Shown here one piece after another: positions 28,009 through 38,149 of a stretch of DNA of 64,000 nucleotides. The position numbers and the translations under genes are program-made. This DNA comes from an uncultured Aequorivita sp. (GTDB lineage Bacteria; Bacteroidota; Bacteroidia; Flavobacteriales; Flavobacteriaceae), in the NCBI GenBank assembly GCA_937125455.1, contig CAKZLK010000012.1, positions 50,241-114,240 of the forward strand, given 5' to 3'. The notes beneath the pieces were generated by a model. The model saw nothing but the letters and a program-made list of their open reading frames with translations. It had not been told where the DNA came from and did not search any database. Within the stretch, counting starts at the first letter, position 1. Each line of letters starts with the position of its first letter.

Positions 28009-29991
28009 ATGACTTTTAAAGAACAAATACAACAAGGTATTCCTTCAGTTTTGACAGAAAAGAAACCTTACGACCCATCTATTAATCACGCACCAAAGCG
28101 AAAGGACATTCTTTCAGAAGAAGAAAAGGAATTGGCACTTCGCAATGCACTTCGTTATTTTGAACCTAAACATCACGCCACGCTTCTCCCCGAGTTTCGT
28201 GATGAACTTGAAAAATACGGTCGAATTTACATGTACCGTTTTCGTCCAGATTATAAGATCTATGCACGACCCATCGAAGAATATCCTGGAAAATCTGAAC
28301 AAGCGAAAGCAATTATGCTGATGATCCAAAACAACTTGGATTATGCAGTGGCACAGCACCCACATGAACTTATTACTTATGGTGGAAATGGCGCAGTCTT
28401 TCAAAATTGGGCGCAGTATCTTTTAGTCATGAAATATCTTTCGGAGATGACTGACGAGCAGACTTTGGCTGTGTATTCTGGGCATCCAATGGGTTTATTC
28501 CCTTCACATAAAGATGCACCCAGGGTGGTTGTAACTAACGGAATGATGATCCCGAACTATTCAAAACCTGACGATTGGGAAAAATTCAATGCGCTTGGCG
28601 TGACGCAATACGGGCAAATGACAGCAGGAAGTTATATGTACATTGGCCCGCAGGGAATTGTTCACGGAACTACAATTACAGTTTTGAACGGCTTCCGAAA
28701 AATTAAAAAAGAAACTAATGGCGGCCTATTTGTAACTTCTGGATTAGGTGGTATGAGCGGTGCACAGCCAAAAGCTGGAAACATTGCTGGTTGCGTAACC
28801 GTTTGTGCCGAAGTAAATAAAAAAGCTACTGAAACCAGACACGGCCAAGGCTGGGTTGACGAAGTAATTTCAGATTTAGATGCGCTTTCAAAACGTGTTA
28901 AAGAAGCAATGGATAATAAAGAAACCGTTTCTATAGCATACGATGGAAATGTGGTTGAAGTTTGGGAAAAATTTGCCGAGGAAAATATTCATATTGACTT
29001 GGGAAGTGACCAAACCTCCTTGCACAATCCATGGGCGGGCGGTTATTATCCTGTTGGATTGACATATGAAGAAGCGAACGAAATGATGGCAAACAATCCT
29101 GAACAATTCAAAAAAGAAGTGCAGCGAAGCTTGCGCCGCCAAGTGGAAGCTATCAATAAACACACTGCAAAAGGCACGTATTTTTTCGACTATGGAAACG
29201 CTTTTCTATTGGAAGCCTCTCGTGCCGGTGCTAATGTACTTTCCGACGAAAAAAATAAAGAATTCAGATATCCTTCCTATGTTCAAGATATCATGGGGCC
29301 GATGTGTTTTGATTACGGTTTCGGGCCTTTCCGATGGGTATGTGCTTCTGGCAAAGCAGAAGATCTTCAAAAAACGGATGAGATAGCCTGTAAAGTTTTG
29401 GAAGATTTAATGAATAATTCACCAAAAGAAATCCAACAACAAATGCAGGACAACATTACTTGGATAAAAGGTGCACAGGAAAATAAATTGGTTGTTGGTT
29501 CGCAAGCACGCATTCTTTATGCAGATGCAGACGGGCGCGTTCAAATTGCTTCCGCTTTCAATAAAGCAATTTCTGAAGGGAAAATTGGTCCTGTTATTTT
29601 AGGTCGCGACCATCACGATGTTTCTGGAACAGATTCTCCATATCGTGAAACTTCTAATATTTATGACGGGAGCAGGTTTACGGCCGATATGGCAATTCAA
29701 AACGTGATTGGCGATAGCTTCCGCGGCGCTACTTGGGTAAGCATACACAACGGGGGTGGCGTGGGTTGGGGCGAGGTTATTAACGGTGGCTTCGGTATGG
29801 TTCTTGATGGTAGTAATGATGCGCAAAGGCGTTTGGAAAACATGCTTTTCTGGGATGTAAACAACGGAATAGCCAGACGTAGTTGGGCACGAAATGACGA
29901 AGCTGTTTTTGCTATTAAAAGAGCAATGGATAACAATCCACAATTAAAGGTTACACTTCCAAATTTTGTTGATGATAAATTATTCAAATAA
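28009..29991 (+). CDS. hutU: urocanate hydratase
   Basis: 660 aa with urocanase-like conservation throughout (e.g. GGMSGAQPKA, GSDQTSLHNP, ILGRDHHDVSGTDSPYRETSN). Confidence 0.95.
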   Translation: MTFKEQIQQGIPSVLTEKKPYDPSINHAPKRKDILSEEEKELALRNALRYFEPKHHATLLPEFRDELEKYGRIYMYRFRPDYKIYARPIEEYPGKSEQAKAIMLMIQNNLDYAVAQHPHELITYGGNGAVFQNWAQYLLVMKYLSEMTDEQTLAVYSGHPMGLFPSHKDAPRVVVTNGMMIPNYSKPDDWEKFNALGVTQYGQMTAGSYMYIGPQGIVHGTTITVLNGFRKIKKETNGGLFVTSGLGGMSGAQPKAGNIAGCVTVCAEVNKKATETRHGQGWVDEVISDLDALSKRVKEAMDNKETVSIAYDGNVVEVWEKFAEENIHIDLGSDQTSLHNPWAGGYYPVGLTYEEANEMMANNPEQFKKEVQRSLRRQVEAINKHTAKGTYFFDYGNAFLLEASRAGANVLSDEKNKEFRYPSYVQDIMGPMCFDYGFGPFRWVCASGKAEDLQKTDEIACKVLEDLMNNSPKEIQQQMQDNITWIKGAQENKLVVGSQARILYADADGRVQIASAFNKAISEGKIGPVILGRDHHDVSGTDSPYRETSNIYDGSRFTADMAIQNVIGDSFRGATWVSIHNGGGVGWGEVINGGFGMVLDGSNDAQRRLENMLFWDVNNGIARRSWARNDEAVFAIKRAMDNNPQLKVTLPNFVDDKLFK

Positions 29992-30002
29992 AGATAACTC
30001 CT

Positions 30003-30542
30003 ATGAAAGCACTTAAATTTTTACCGCTGTTGTTTCTTTTTATTTTAACCTCCTGTTCCACTGTTCGCGTGGCGACGGACTTTGATAAAGAAGCAAATTT
30101 CAACCAGTACAACTCCTTCGCTTTTTATAAGCCTGGAATTGATAAAGCTCAAATCAGTGACCTTGACAAAAAGCGCATCCTTCGCGCTATTGAAGCAAAT
30201 CTTTCCTTAAAAGGAATGTCGAAATCGGAAAATCCCGATTTACTAGTTAGTATTTTTACCAAAGAGCGAGAGCGCGTTGATGTTTACAACAACAATTTTG
30301 GTTATGGCTGGGGTTGGAATCCTTGGTATTACGGTGGATATTATGGAGGAAACAATATTTCCCGCTCAACCGAAGGCACACTATACATAGACCTGATTGA
30401 TGCGAAAACCAATAATTTGGTGTGGCAAGGTATGGGTAGCGCTGATTTAGTAACTGGTGATATGGAGCGAAAAGAAGAGCGTATTCGCGAAATTGTAACG
30501 AAAATTTTAGCTGAATATCCACCGGGAGCAATGAAAAAGTAA
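30003..30542 (+). CDS. DUF4136 family lipoprotein
   Basis: 179 aa with a lipobox (FILTSC) and DUF4136-like motifs (VATDFDKEANFNQYNSFAF, GTLYIDLIDAKTNNLVWQG). Confidence 0.7.
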   Translation: MKALKFLPLLFLFILTSCSTVRVATDFDKEANFNQYNSFAFYKPGIDKAQISDLDKKRILRAIEANLSLKGMSKSENPDLLVSIFTKERERVDVYNNNFGYGWGWNPWYYGGYYGGNNISRSTEGTLYIDLIDAKTNNLVWQGMGSADLVTGDMERKEERIREIVTKILAEYPPGAMKK

Positions 30543-30665
30543 GCCAAAAAAAATTCGCATCCAACAAAACCTTATTCTGAAAAACTATTTAGTGACAAGA
30601 AATGATTTCTTGAGTAAATATAAAAATCGACCTCATTCGATAAAAAAATAAAAAAAGAAAAAGGT

Positions 30666-31577
30666 ATGAAATTATTAAAATTAGTAATGCTCGTATTCCT
30701 TGTTAGCTTCGGAATGCAGGCACAGGAATTAGTAAGTGGAAAAGCGACTTTAACCCGTGTTGCTAGCGGGATTTATGAGATTAAAAAAACGGATGGCACA
30801 CTAAAAAAAATAAACATACGCCCCAATGAAGACAAACACCTTCAGGGCACACTTGCTGTACTTTTCAGCGATTGCGAGCAACTGCGGCAATCGGTTTTTG
30901 ATTCACAATTATTTACTGAAGGACAATTGATACAGGCCGTTGAAAAATATAACAACTGCGATTACAAACCTTTTGAACCCACGGAAAAGGAAATTAAACA
31001 AGCTGCCAATTTTCAGAGTGATGAATATAAATTATTCGCAAGCATTGGCGGTTCTTTAAACAGCATTAGTTTTTTTAATTTTGGTAATTCCGAAAATTTA
31101 GCACAAGGCCAATTAAGTTTTGGCTTGGCTGCAACACCAGGGTTTTTAGGTTCTTTACAAGGCAATTTACACCTTACTTTAGAAGCAAGCGCTGCGTTTT
31201 CTGGTGATAGGAATTTTGGCAATTCACCCTTTACCACAAATTTCAAGAAAAATTCATTTAGAGCCAGTTTTGGAACAGAATATCACTTCAACAAAAATGG
31301 TTCAATAAAACCCCTTATAGGGATAAGCGTAGGTCTTGTTCGCGATCGCTACAATGGGAATTATGATGGTTATAAAATAAAACAAACCGAAGGAAGCGCT
31401 TATTGGGAACCAAAAGCAGGAGTTCTTTTTTCGTTAGACGCCAAAAAATCGCTTGGAGTAATTGTAAGCTATATTCCCGAATACGAAAATGACCTTTCTT
31501 TTATAGGTAATGGTGAAATAGTCCCTTTGATTATTGATACACATTATATAAATGCTGGTTTGTATCTATATTTTTAA
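30666..31577 (+). CDS. hypothetical outer-membrane beta-barrel-like protein
   Basis: 303 aa with a signal peptide. The C-terminal half has alternating beta-strand-like segments and ends in an aromatic residue (YLYF). Confidence 0.5.
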   Translation: MKLLKLVMLVFLVSFGMQAQELVSGKATLTRVASGIYEIKKTDGTLKKINIRPNEDKHLQGTLAVLFSDCEQLRQSVFDSQLFTEGQLIQAVEKYNNCDYKPFEPTEKEIKQAANFQSDEYKLFASIGGSLNSISFFNFGNSENLAQGQLSFGLAATPGFLGSLQGNLHLTLEASAAFSGDRNFGNSPFTTNFKKNSFRASFGTEYHFNKNGSIKPLIGISVGLVRDRYNGNYDGYKIKQTEGSAYWEPKAGVLFSLDAKKSLGVIVSYIPEYENDLSFIGNGEIVPLIIDTHYINAGLYLYF

Positions 31578-31616
31578 TTAATTTTATGTTGCACATAAAT
31601 TTGATTTAAAATATTG

Positions 31617-32156
31617 ATGGTAAAGCTTTCAAAATATAATCAGCGCTCGCTGTATGGTGGACTCATTGCAGCAATCATTACTGGAACTGGTGTTTTCCTT
31701 TTAGGCAATGTTTCAGGTTACGAAGCAAAAAATCTAATAACTTCATCCCTGCCCGGCATAAACATGTTATGTAATACCATTGCCCTGGCTTCAGCAACAA
31801 TCTTGGCTCTTTTGCTGACATTATTGGGTATAAGTTCCGGTTCTTCATCTAAGTTGAAAAAAGAACATTACCTTCAAGTAATGGCCATTGCAAAACTGGA
31901 TACAATCCTTTTTGTGATTTCTATTATTCTCTTTCAAGTTTTCAATATACCCATCACCGAATCCGATGAATTACCAACAACTTGGTATTCTAATATTTAC
32001 TGGGCAACGCTTTTTCTTTCATCCCTTTTAAGTGGCGGGATTGTATCGGTAATTTTTATGCTTTATAACACTGTAATCAATATGATTAAAATTGTGGGGT
32101 TAGGTGAAAAAGATCATCCGCTTGTTTTTCATGAAGATGATAAAGAGGATGAATAA
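31617..32156 (+). CDS. hypothetical integral membrane protein
   Basis: About 179 aa with four hydrophobic segments. I prefer the ATG at 31617 to the TTG at 31614. Confidence 0.5.
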   Translation: MVKLSKYNQRSLYGGLIAAIITGTGVFLLGNVSGYEAKNLITSSLPGINMLCNTIALASATILALLLTLLGISSGSSSKLKKEHYLQVMAIAKLDTILFVISIILFQVFNIPITESDELPTTWYSNIYWATLFLSSLLSGGIVSVIFMLYNTVINMIKIVGLGEKDHPLVFHEDDKEDE

Positions 32157-32192
32157 AAAAGCCTTCCCAAATTTTTTTTTTGGAAAGGCCTT
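32155..32192. terminator. bidirectional terminator between convergent genes
   Basis: AAAAAAGCCTTCCCAAA-TTTTTTTT-TGGAAAGGCCTT forms an imperfect hairpin flanked by A and T runs. Confidence 0.6.
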
Positions 32193-32216
32193 CAACAATT
32201 GGGGATAAATATTCTT

Positions 32217-33827
32217 TTATTGTTTAATCACTTTTATTCCTTTTTCTAATCCTCGGTTTGTTGAAACGTTCATAAAATAAATTCCTGAAGTCCAATTTTG
32301 AGCATCGATATTTATTGTGTTTTCACCATTATATTTAGCACTAAACAATTGTTGTCCTAAAACATTAGATATCGATATTTCTTTAATGGAGGAGTTACTT
32401 TTTATTAACATATTTTCTTTCACAGGGTTTGCAAAAAATATTGAACCGTTTGATAATTCTTCAACTCCAGCGGTGTCGTCCACCACATTTTGTGCATATA
32501 TTTTTTGGCCACTACCTTTGTCTTCTACAAAAACAGCCACGCTTTGCATTGCTGCTTGTTTCGTAAAATTAATTCTACTTTTTGAATCTGAAAATGTAGC
32601 TACAGGTCGTGTTTCTTCGGGCCAAGCAAAATCGCCGTTTTCATCAAGATATACTGAGTGTAATGTTACAGGCGAAACACCATTATCTAATCCCTCTTTT
32701 ATAATAAATAAAGGTGTGTTGTTATTTAACTGAAGACTTCCCGCATGAATTTTTTCTGAAGCAATTGGAAATACAACTTTAGCATTATCTGTAAACTCTC
32801 GCGCTCCCGAATCTTTATCAAATTTTTGAACATACTCTCCTTTTTCACTCTGACTTGTATTGGAATAAGTAGCTACAGACCAAATAAATTGTGAACCAGG
32901 TTCAAAAGCGATTTCAGTTTCCATTTCATAATCGGTTTCATTTACATCGAAGTCAGAGCCGTTGATTCCCCAAGGCAAAGTTCCGTCTGGATTTATTCGT
33001 TGCAAATAGGAGTCAAATCGTGTTCCCGCTGAAGCATAATAACCCATATAAACTACATCGCCATCCTGAACACCTTTGTACGAACGAATAAAAGCAGTAG
33101 CCCTGTCAGCAATTTGAACTGGATTTGCCCATACTGGATTTCCATCTGCATCATAGCGTTGGGCATATAGGTATGAGTTAATACCGCTAAGTAGCTTATG
33201 AAAAACCACAATAAAATTACCACCTGAAATTTCAAAAAAGTTTGCTGGAGAAGTAACACTTCCTGACAGCTCAATAGGCATTGTAGTTGGCCAAACTGAA
33301 TTGCCGCTACCATCATACTTTTGCATCACACCCCCTGACGACCCTAGCCAACTAACAATAGCACCTCCTGTAGAAAGTGGCAAAACTGTTACTACATTAC
33401 CACTACCAACTTGAACTCCATTAGCGCCCCATAAATGATTGCCATCGGTATCCATTTTAAACACAAAGGCAGGATCTCCGCCGGCTGTTCCTGTTGCACC
33501 AATATAAAGGTGATCATCCGCATCAACTACTGTACTCATTATTACGGTAGAAGTACTCATAGGTATTTGATCACTTACAAGCATTCCATCACTACCAAAT
33601 TTTTGGTTGCCATTAGCATCCATTACCTGCAAGCGTAATTCAATGTTGGTAGGCGCACCAACATTTTTCCAATAAACCACATAAGTTTGACCATCAGAAG
33701 TTCCTTTGGCTTGCATATCGAGCTCTCCAGATTCTGCTACAAGTGTATTCAAATCAGTATCTGCAGTCCATTGCGCGTGCAAAAGAGCTACACTAAAAAG
33801 TGCGAAAAAAGTAATTATTGATTTCAT
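32217..33827 (-). CDS. secreted protein with T9SS type A C-terminal sorting domain
   Basis: 536 aa with a signal peptide. The C-terminal ~80 aa (ISISNVLGQQLF...SGIYFMNVSTNRGLEKGIKVIKQ) fits the Por secretion tail pattern. Confidence 0.75.
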   Translation of the reverse strand: MKSIITFFALFSVALLHAQWTADTDLNTLVAESGELDMQAKGTSDGQTYVVYWKNVGAPTNIELRLQVMDANGNQKFGSDGMLVSDQIPMSTSTVIMSTVVDADDHLYIGATGTAGGDPAFVFKMDTDGNHLWGANGVQVGSGNVVTVLPLSTGGAIVSWLGSSGGVMQKYDGSGNSVWPTTMPIELSGSVTSPANFFEISGGNFIVVFHKLLSGINSYLYAQRYDADGNPVWANPVQIADRATAFIRSYKGVQDGDVVYMGYYASAGTRFDSYLQRINPDGTLPWGINGSDFDVNETDYEMETEIAFEPGSQFIWSVATYSNTSQSEKGEYVQKFDKDSGAREFTDNAKVVFPIASEKIHAGSLQLNNNTPLFIIKEGLDNGVSPVTLHSVYLDENGDFAWPEETRPVATFSDSKSRINFTKQAAMQSVAVFVEDKGSGQKIYAQNVVDDTAGVEELSNGSIFFANPVKENMLIKSNSSIKEISISNVLGQQLFSAKYNGENTINIDAQNWTSGIYFMNVSTNRGLEKGIKVIKQ

Positions 33828-33929
33828 AAGAATGTGTTTTAATTTATTTTTTTATGACAATTAACAAACCTAAGGTAAAGCTAATGTTTTATTAAATAAA
33901 CACTTTATTGAAAGTAGCTTAGCCTTTTT

Positions 33930-35984
33930 TTAATAGTTTAGTATTTCAAGTATTTTTTTTCTCACTTTTTCAGTAGAAGGAATCATAGTTTCTTCCAATG
34001 TTGAATTTAAAGGAATGGCAGGCATATTTTCAGAGCCAATCAACATCACCGGCGCATCCAAGTGCTGAAAACATTCCTCCTGAATTCTGCCCTGCAAACC
34101 TCTACTGAAACCATTTTCGGAAGGTTCCTCGGTAACTACAAGACATTTTCCACATTTTTTGACCGATTGGAAAACCGTCTCATAATCCAATGGGTGAAGC
34201 GTTCGTAAATCTACCACTTCAATTTTATCCTGCATTCCAAGTTCTTCGGAAGCATTCATCGCCCAGTGCACGCCCATTCCGTAAGTAATAATAGAAAGCG
34301 TTTCCTCTTCTTCCTTTTTCCAAATTTCCTGTAAAACCCAAGCTTTTCCGAAAGGTAAAATATAATCTTCAGAAGGCATCAATGAAGTTGCGCCTTTTGT
34401 ACCTTTCACTTTGCTCCAATATAGACCTTTATGTTCAAAAATGACAACAGGATTTGGATCGTAATATGCAGCTTTCAGCAAACCTTTTAAATCGGCGCCA
34501 TTACTTGGATACGCAATTTTTAACCCGCGTATATTTGTAATAATGCTTTCCACGGAAGAAGAATGATATGGTCCACCGCTTCCGTAAGCGCCAATAGGAA
34601 CACGCAAAACCATAGAAACAGGCCATTTTCCGTTTGATAGATAACAACTCCGCGAAACCTCAGTAAAAAGTTGGTTGAGTCCAGGCCAAATATAATCGGC
34701 AAACTGAACTTCAACAATTGGTTTCAAACCAACGGCACTCATTCCAACAGTACTTCCAACGATGAAAGCTTCTTGAATAGGCGTATTAAAAACACGGTTG
34801 TCACCAAATTTCTGAGCCAAAGTTGCCGCTTCGCGAAAAACACCTCCTAATCTTCCACCTACATCCTGACCGTATAATAGACATTCAGGGTGCTTCGCCA
34901 TTAACTCTTCAATAGCGAAAAGTGCACAATCTACCATCACTACTTTTTCGCCACCTTTTGGGGAACGCTCTCCTACTTCTTCAGTAATTTCAGTTGGCGC
35001 AAAATCGTGCGTAAATAAATCTTCTGGTTTTGGATCTTCGGCTGCGAATGCTTTATTTAAATCTTTTTCGATTTCGATTTTGATTTCAGTTTCAATTTCA
35101 CCAAGTTCTTTTTCAGTAAAACCATTCTCCAACAAAAGCTTTTTCAATTTTGGATATGGATCACGGCTTTTTGCTTCCTCTAAATCATCGCGATAAAACT
35201 CCATGCGAACTCCGGAAGTGTGGTGATTTAACAATGGAACCTTAGCGTGCACCAAAAACGGTCTGCGTTCTTTCCTGATTTTTGAAATAACATCTTTAAT
35301 AGTATTATAACTTTCTTCGAAATCGGTTCCATCAATTGAAACAGCTTCCAAACCGTGAAAACCTTTGGCATATTCAAAAGCATCCTGCGCGCGAGTTTCT
35401 GCTGCATTTGCTGAAATATCCCAACCGTTGTCCTGCACCAAATACAATATTGGCAACTGTTTTAAAGCAGCCATTTGAAAAGCTTCGGCAATCTCACCTT
35501 CGGTAACAGATGCGTCACCTAAACTGCAAACTACAATAGGAAGTTCAGAAGTTTCATTTTTAAATTCTGACTTAAAAGATTCTTTATACCAAAATCCCAT
35601 AGCAACACCCGTTGCTGGAATGGCCTGCATTCCCGTAGCTGAGCTTTGGTGTGGAATTTTAGGCTTATCGTCATCTTTTAAACTGGGATGTGAATAGTAT
35701 GTTCTTCCACCAGAAAATGGATCGTCTTTTTTTGCTAAAACTTGAAGCATTAGCTCGTAGGGTTTCATTCCAATAGCCAATAAAATAGAATCATCACGAT
35801 AATATGGAAATGCATAATCCTGCGGCAAAAGCTGCATTCCCAAGGCAGTCTGAATCACTTCGTGACCGCGCGAAGTTGCGTGCACATATTTTGAAACAAC
35901 CTTGAAATTTTCTTCATAAATTTCTGTCATCGCTTTTGCAGTGACGAGATTTTTAAAGGCTTTTTTTAATATATCTTTATTCAT
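33930..35984 (-). CDS. 2-oxoacid dehydrogenase E1 component, fused alpha/beta subunits
   Basis: 684 aa. The N-terminal half has the TPP-binding region (GDASVTEGEIAEAFQMAA...VQDNGWDIS) and the C-terminal half is a transketolase-like beta subunit. Confidence 0.9.
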   Translation of the reverse strand: MNKDILKKAFKNLVTAKAMTEIYEENFKVVSKYVHATSRGHEVIQTALGMQLLPQDYAFPYYRDDSILLAIGMKPYELMLQVLAKKDDPFSGGRTYYSHPSLKDDDKPKIPHQSSATGMQAIPATGVAMGFWYKESFKSEFKNETSELPIVVCSLGDASVTEGEIAEAFQMAALKQLPILYLVQDNGWDISANAAETRAQDAFEYAKGFHGLEAVSIDGTDFEESYNTIKDVISKIRKERRPFLVHAKVPLLNHHTSGVRMEFYRDDLEEAKSRDPYPKLKKLLLENGFTEKELGEIETEIKIEIEKDLNKAFAAEDPKPEDLFTHDFAPTEITEEVGERSPKGGEKVVMVDCALFAIEELMAKHPECLLYGQDVGGRLGGVFREAATLAQKFGDNRVFNTPIQEAFIVGSTVGMSAVGLKPIVEVQFADYIWPGLNQLFTEVSRSCYLSNGKWPVSMVLRVPIGAYGSGGPYHSSSVESIITNIRGLKIAYPSNGADLKGLLKAAYYDPNPVVIFEHKGLYWSKVKGTKGATSLMPSEDYILPFGKAWVLQEIWKKEEEETLSIITYGMGVHWAMNASEELGMQDKIEVVDLRTLHPLDYETVFQSVKKCGKCLVVTEEPSENGFSRGLQGRIQEECFQHLDAPVMLIGSENMPAIPLNSTLEETMIPSTEKVRKKILEILNY

Positions 35985-36097
35985 TGTTTATTTTTTGGAG
36001 TCACGAAACACGACTGTTGGAATCACGACTTTTTTCTTTAACACACGAAACACGACGTTTTGAAACAAGACTTATTGATCAATTTGGCAAATGCGAA

Positions 36098-36129
36098 AAC
36101 ATCCCCCTAACCCCCTTCAAAGGGGGAAT
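36098..36129. repeat. 32-nt element AACATCCCCCTNNCCCCCTTCAAAGGGGGAAT, copy 1
   Basis: Lies between the E2 stop and the E1 start. Nearly identical to 43198-43229 and 50737-50768. Confidence 0.85.
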
Positions 36130-36137
36130 TGATTACT

Positions 36138-37424
36138 TTAAATTTTTCTTTCGGAATCAATCTGTTCCATATAATCGGCTATTCTTCGTAAAAAAGAACC
36201 TGCCAAGTATCCATCTACAATTCTATGATCAAAGGACAGTGACAAATACATCATCTGTCTAATTTCAATAGTATCACCCTCTTCCCGCTCCATAACTTCG
36301 GCGCGTTTTTTTATGATTCCAGTTGCCAAAATGGCGGCTTCGGGTTGGTTGATGATTGGTGTTCCCATCAAGCTTCCGAAGGTTCCTACGTTACTAATTG
36401 TAAAAGTACCTCCTTTGGTGTCATCGGCTTTCAATTTGTTATCCCGGGATTTTCCAACCAATTCGTTGGTAGTTTTGGCCAGTTCTTTTAAATCTTTCTT
36501 ATCAGCATTTTTCACAACGGGAACAATTAAATTTCCAGAAGGAAGTGCCGTAGCCATACCAATATTTATTTCCTCTTTTACAATAATATTTGTTCCATCA
36601 AGCGTGGAATTTATCATTGGAAAATCTGTGATTGCTTTTGCAACACATTCAATAAACAAAGGGGTAAACGTGAGTTTTTCGCTATATTTTTTCTGAAAAG
36701 CAACTTTGTTTTTGTTTCGCCAATTAACCATTTCGGTCAAATCTGCTTCTACATATGCCGTTACGTGTGGTGACGTGTGTTTACTGAAAACCATATGGTC
36801 AGAAATCATCTGTCGCATGCGATCCATTTCTACTATTTTCCCCTTCCCTTTATCAAATTTTAAATCGGGGATTTGAAAACCAGAAACTTCAGGAACAGGC
36901 TGTGCAAACTGAAACGGACGACCGTTTTCCAAATAATTTGAAACATCACTTTTACGCAATCGGCCATCCTTTCCTGTTCCGGAAATTCGAGCCAGCTCTT
37001 CGTAACTAATATGATTTTTACGGGCAATGGCATCAACCAAAGGTGAAATGAAAACGTTTTCATTTACTTTAAATGAAGCGGGTTTTGAGGCTTGTTTTTG
37101 TGCTTTTGGTTTTTCGGAAGCCTTATCTTTAACTATATTTTTTTCAGTAGTTTTTTTTGAAGGTTTTAAAACTCCTTTTTCTTCAGAAAGCTCTAATACC
37201 GCTATCACTTCCCCAACGGGAACAACATCCTTTGCTTTAAATATATGTTCAAGCATTTTTCCAGAAGCAGGCGCAGGCACTTCATTGTCCACTTTATCAG
37301 TGGCAACTTCCAGCAATATATCGCCTTCTTCAAAATAATCGCCTTCATTTATCATCCAATTGATGATGGTTCCTTCGGTAATGCTTTCGCCCATTTTGGG
37401 CATTTTGAATTCTGTTTTTTGCAT
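36138..37424 (-). CDS. 2-oxoacid dehydrogenase E2 (dihydrolipoamide acyltransferase)
   Basis: Has a lipoyl domain (EVATDKVDNEVPAP), an E3/E1-binding domain and a catalytic DHR motif (SLSFDHRIVDG). The ATG at 37422-37424 (MQKTEFKMPKMGESI) is preferred over the GTG at 37442, which lies inside a repeat. Confidence 0.9.
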   Translation of the reverse strand: MQKTEFKMPKMGESITEGTIINWMINEGDYFEEGDILLEVATDKVDNEVPAPASGKMLEHIFKAKDVVPVGEVIAVLELSEEKGVLKPSKKTTEKNIVKDKASEKPKAQKQASKPASFKVNENVFISPLVDAIARKNHISYEELARISGTGKDGRLRKSDVSNYLENGRPFQFAQPVPEVSGFQIPDLKFDKGKGKIVEMDRMRQMISDHMVFSKHTSPHVTAYVEADLTEMVNWRNKNKVAFQKKYSEKLTFTPLFIECVAKAITDFPMINSTLDGTNIIVKEEINIGMATALPSGNLIVPVVKNADKKDLKELAKTTNELVGKSRDNKLKADDTKGGTFTISNVGTFGSLMGTPIINQPEAAILATGIIKKRAEVMEREEGDTIEIRQMMYLSLSFDHRIVDGYLAGSFLRRIADYMEQIDSERKI

Positions 37425-37437
37425 TTTATATTTCAAT

Positions 37438-37521
37438 GTCACACTGAGCGCAGTCGAAGTGCTATTTTGTTAAAATCACAATATAACTTTTAAATGACCC
37501 CTCGACTGCGCTCGGGGAGAC
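37438..37521. repeat. inverted pair of REP-like elements forming a long hairpin
   Basis: GTCACACTGAGCGCAGTCGAAGTG (37438-37461) and GACCCCTCGACTGCGCTCGGGGAGAC (37496-37521) share a perfect 12-bp complement, GAGCGCAGTCGA/TCGACTGCGCTC. Confidence 0.8.
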
Positions 37522-37525
37522 ATCT

Positions 37526-38134
37526 TTATGATTCTTTTTTCTCTTTTCTAAATTCAGAAATAGTTTTATAAAAATCCTCCTGTTTTGGCCTATTCTTGGG
37601 AATTTCCCGAAGCGGCTCCACTTCTTTTAAACTTTCGTGGCAGTCCGTTGGCAATTGTTGGTATAATCTTGTTCCAGCAGTTTTCCAAGCAATCATTTCA
37701 TCCGAAATATCTTTAATTGCTTTTGCAGGGTTGCCTACAATTAATTTACGCTTTGGAAATTTCTCTTCAGCTTTTACAAAACTCATTGCGCCAACAATAC
37801 ATTCATCGCCAATTTCGGCATCATCCATTATCACGCTGTTCATTCCAATCAAGCAATTTCTTCCTAAATTTGCACCGTGAATTATTGCGCCGTGACCCAC
37901 GTGAGCACTTTCTTTTAGCACAATACTTTTACCGGGAAACATATGGATAGTACAGTTTTCCTGAACATTTACCCCATCTTCCAAAATAATTTCTCCCCAA
38001 TCGCCACGAATGGCAGCCCCCGGACCGATATAACAGTTTTTTCCAATAATAACATTACCAGTGACTGCCGCCAAAGGGTGTACAAAACTGGATTTGTGTA
38101 TAATCGGTATATGTCCTTTAAAGCTATAAATCAT
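37526..38134 (-). CDS. paaY: hexapeptide-repeat (gamma-carbonic-anhydrase-like) protein, PaaY type
   Basis: 202 aa with left-handed beta-helix repeats and a C-terminal extension. Last gene of the paa operon. Confidence 0.75.
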   Translation of the reverse strand: MIYSFKGHIPIIHKSSFVHPLAAVTGNVIIGKNCYIGPGAAIRGDWGEIILEDGVNVQENCTIHMFPGKSIVLKESAHVGHGAIIHGANLGRNCLIGMNSVIMDDAEIGDECIVGAMSFVKAEEKFPKRKLIVGNPAKAIKDISDEMIAWKTAGTRLYQQLPTDCHESLKEVEPLREIPKNRPKQEDFYKTISEFRKEKKES

Positions 38135-38149
38135 TATTTTAAATTATTT

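Noticed and set aside
35984-36262. 92-aa plus-strand ORF across the E1-E2 gap
   Set aside because: It is made of translated repeat units (HETR...) and the antisense of the E2 3' end, and it runs across a 32-nt hairpin element.
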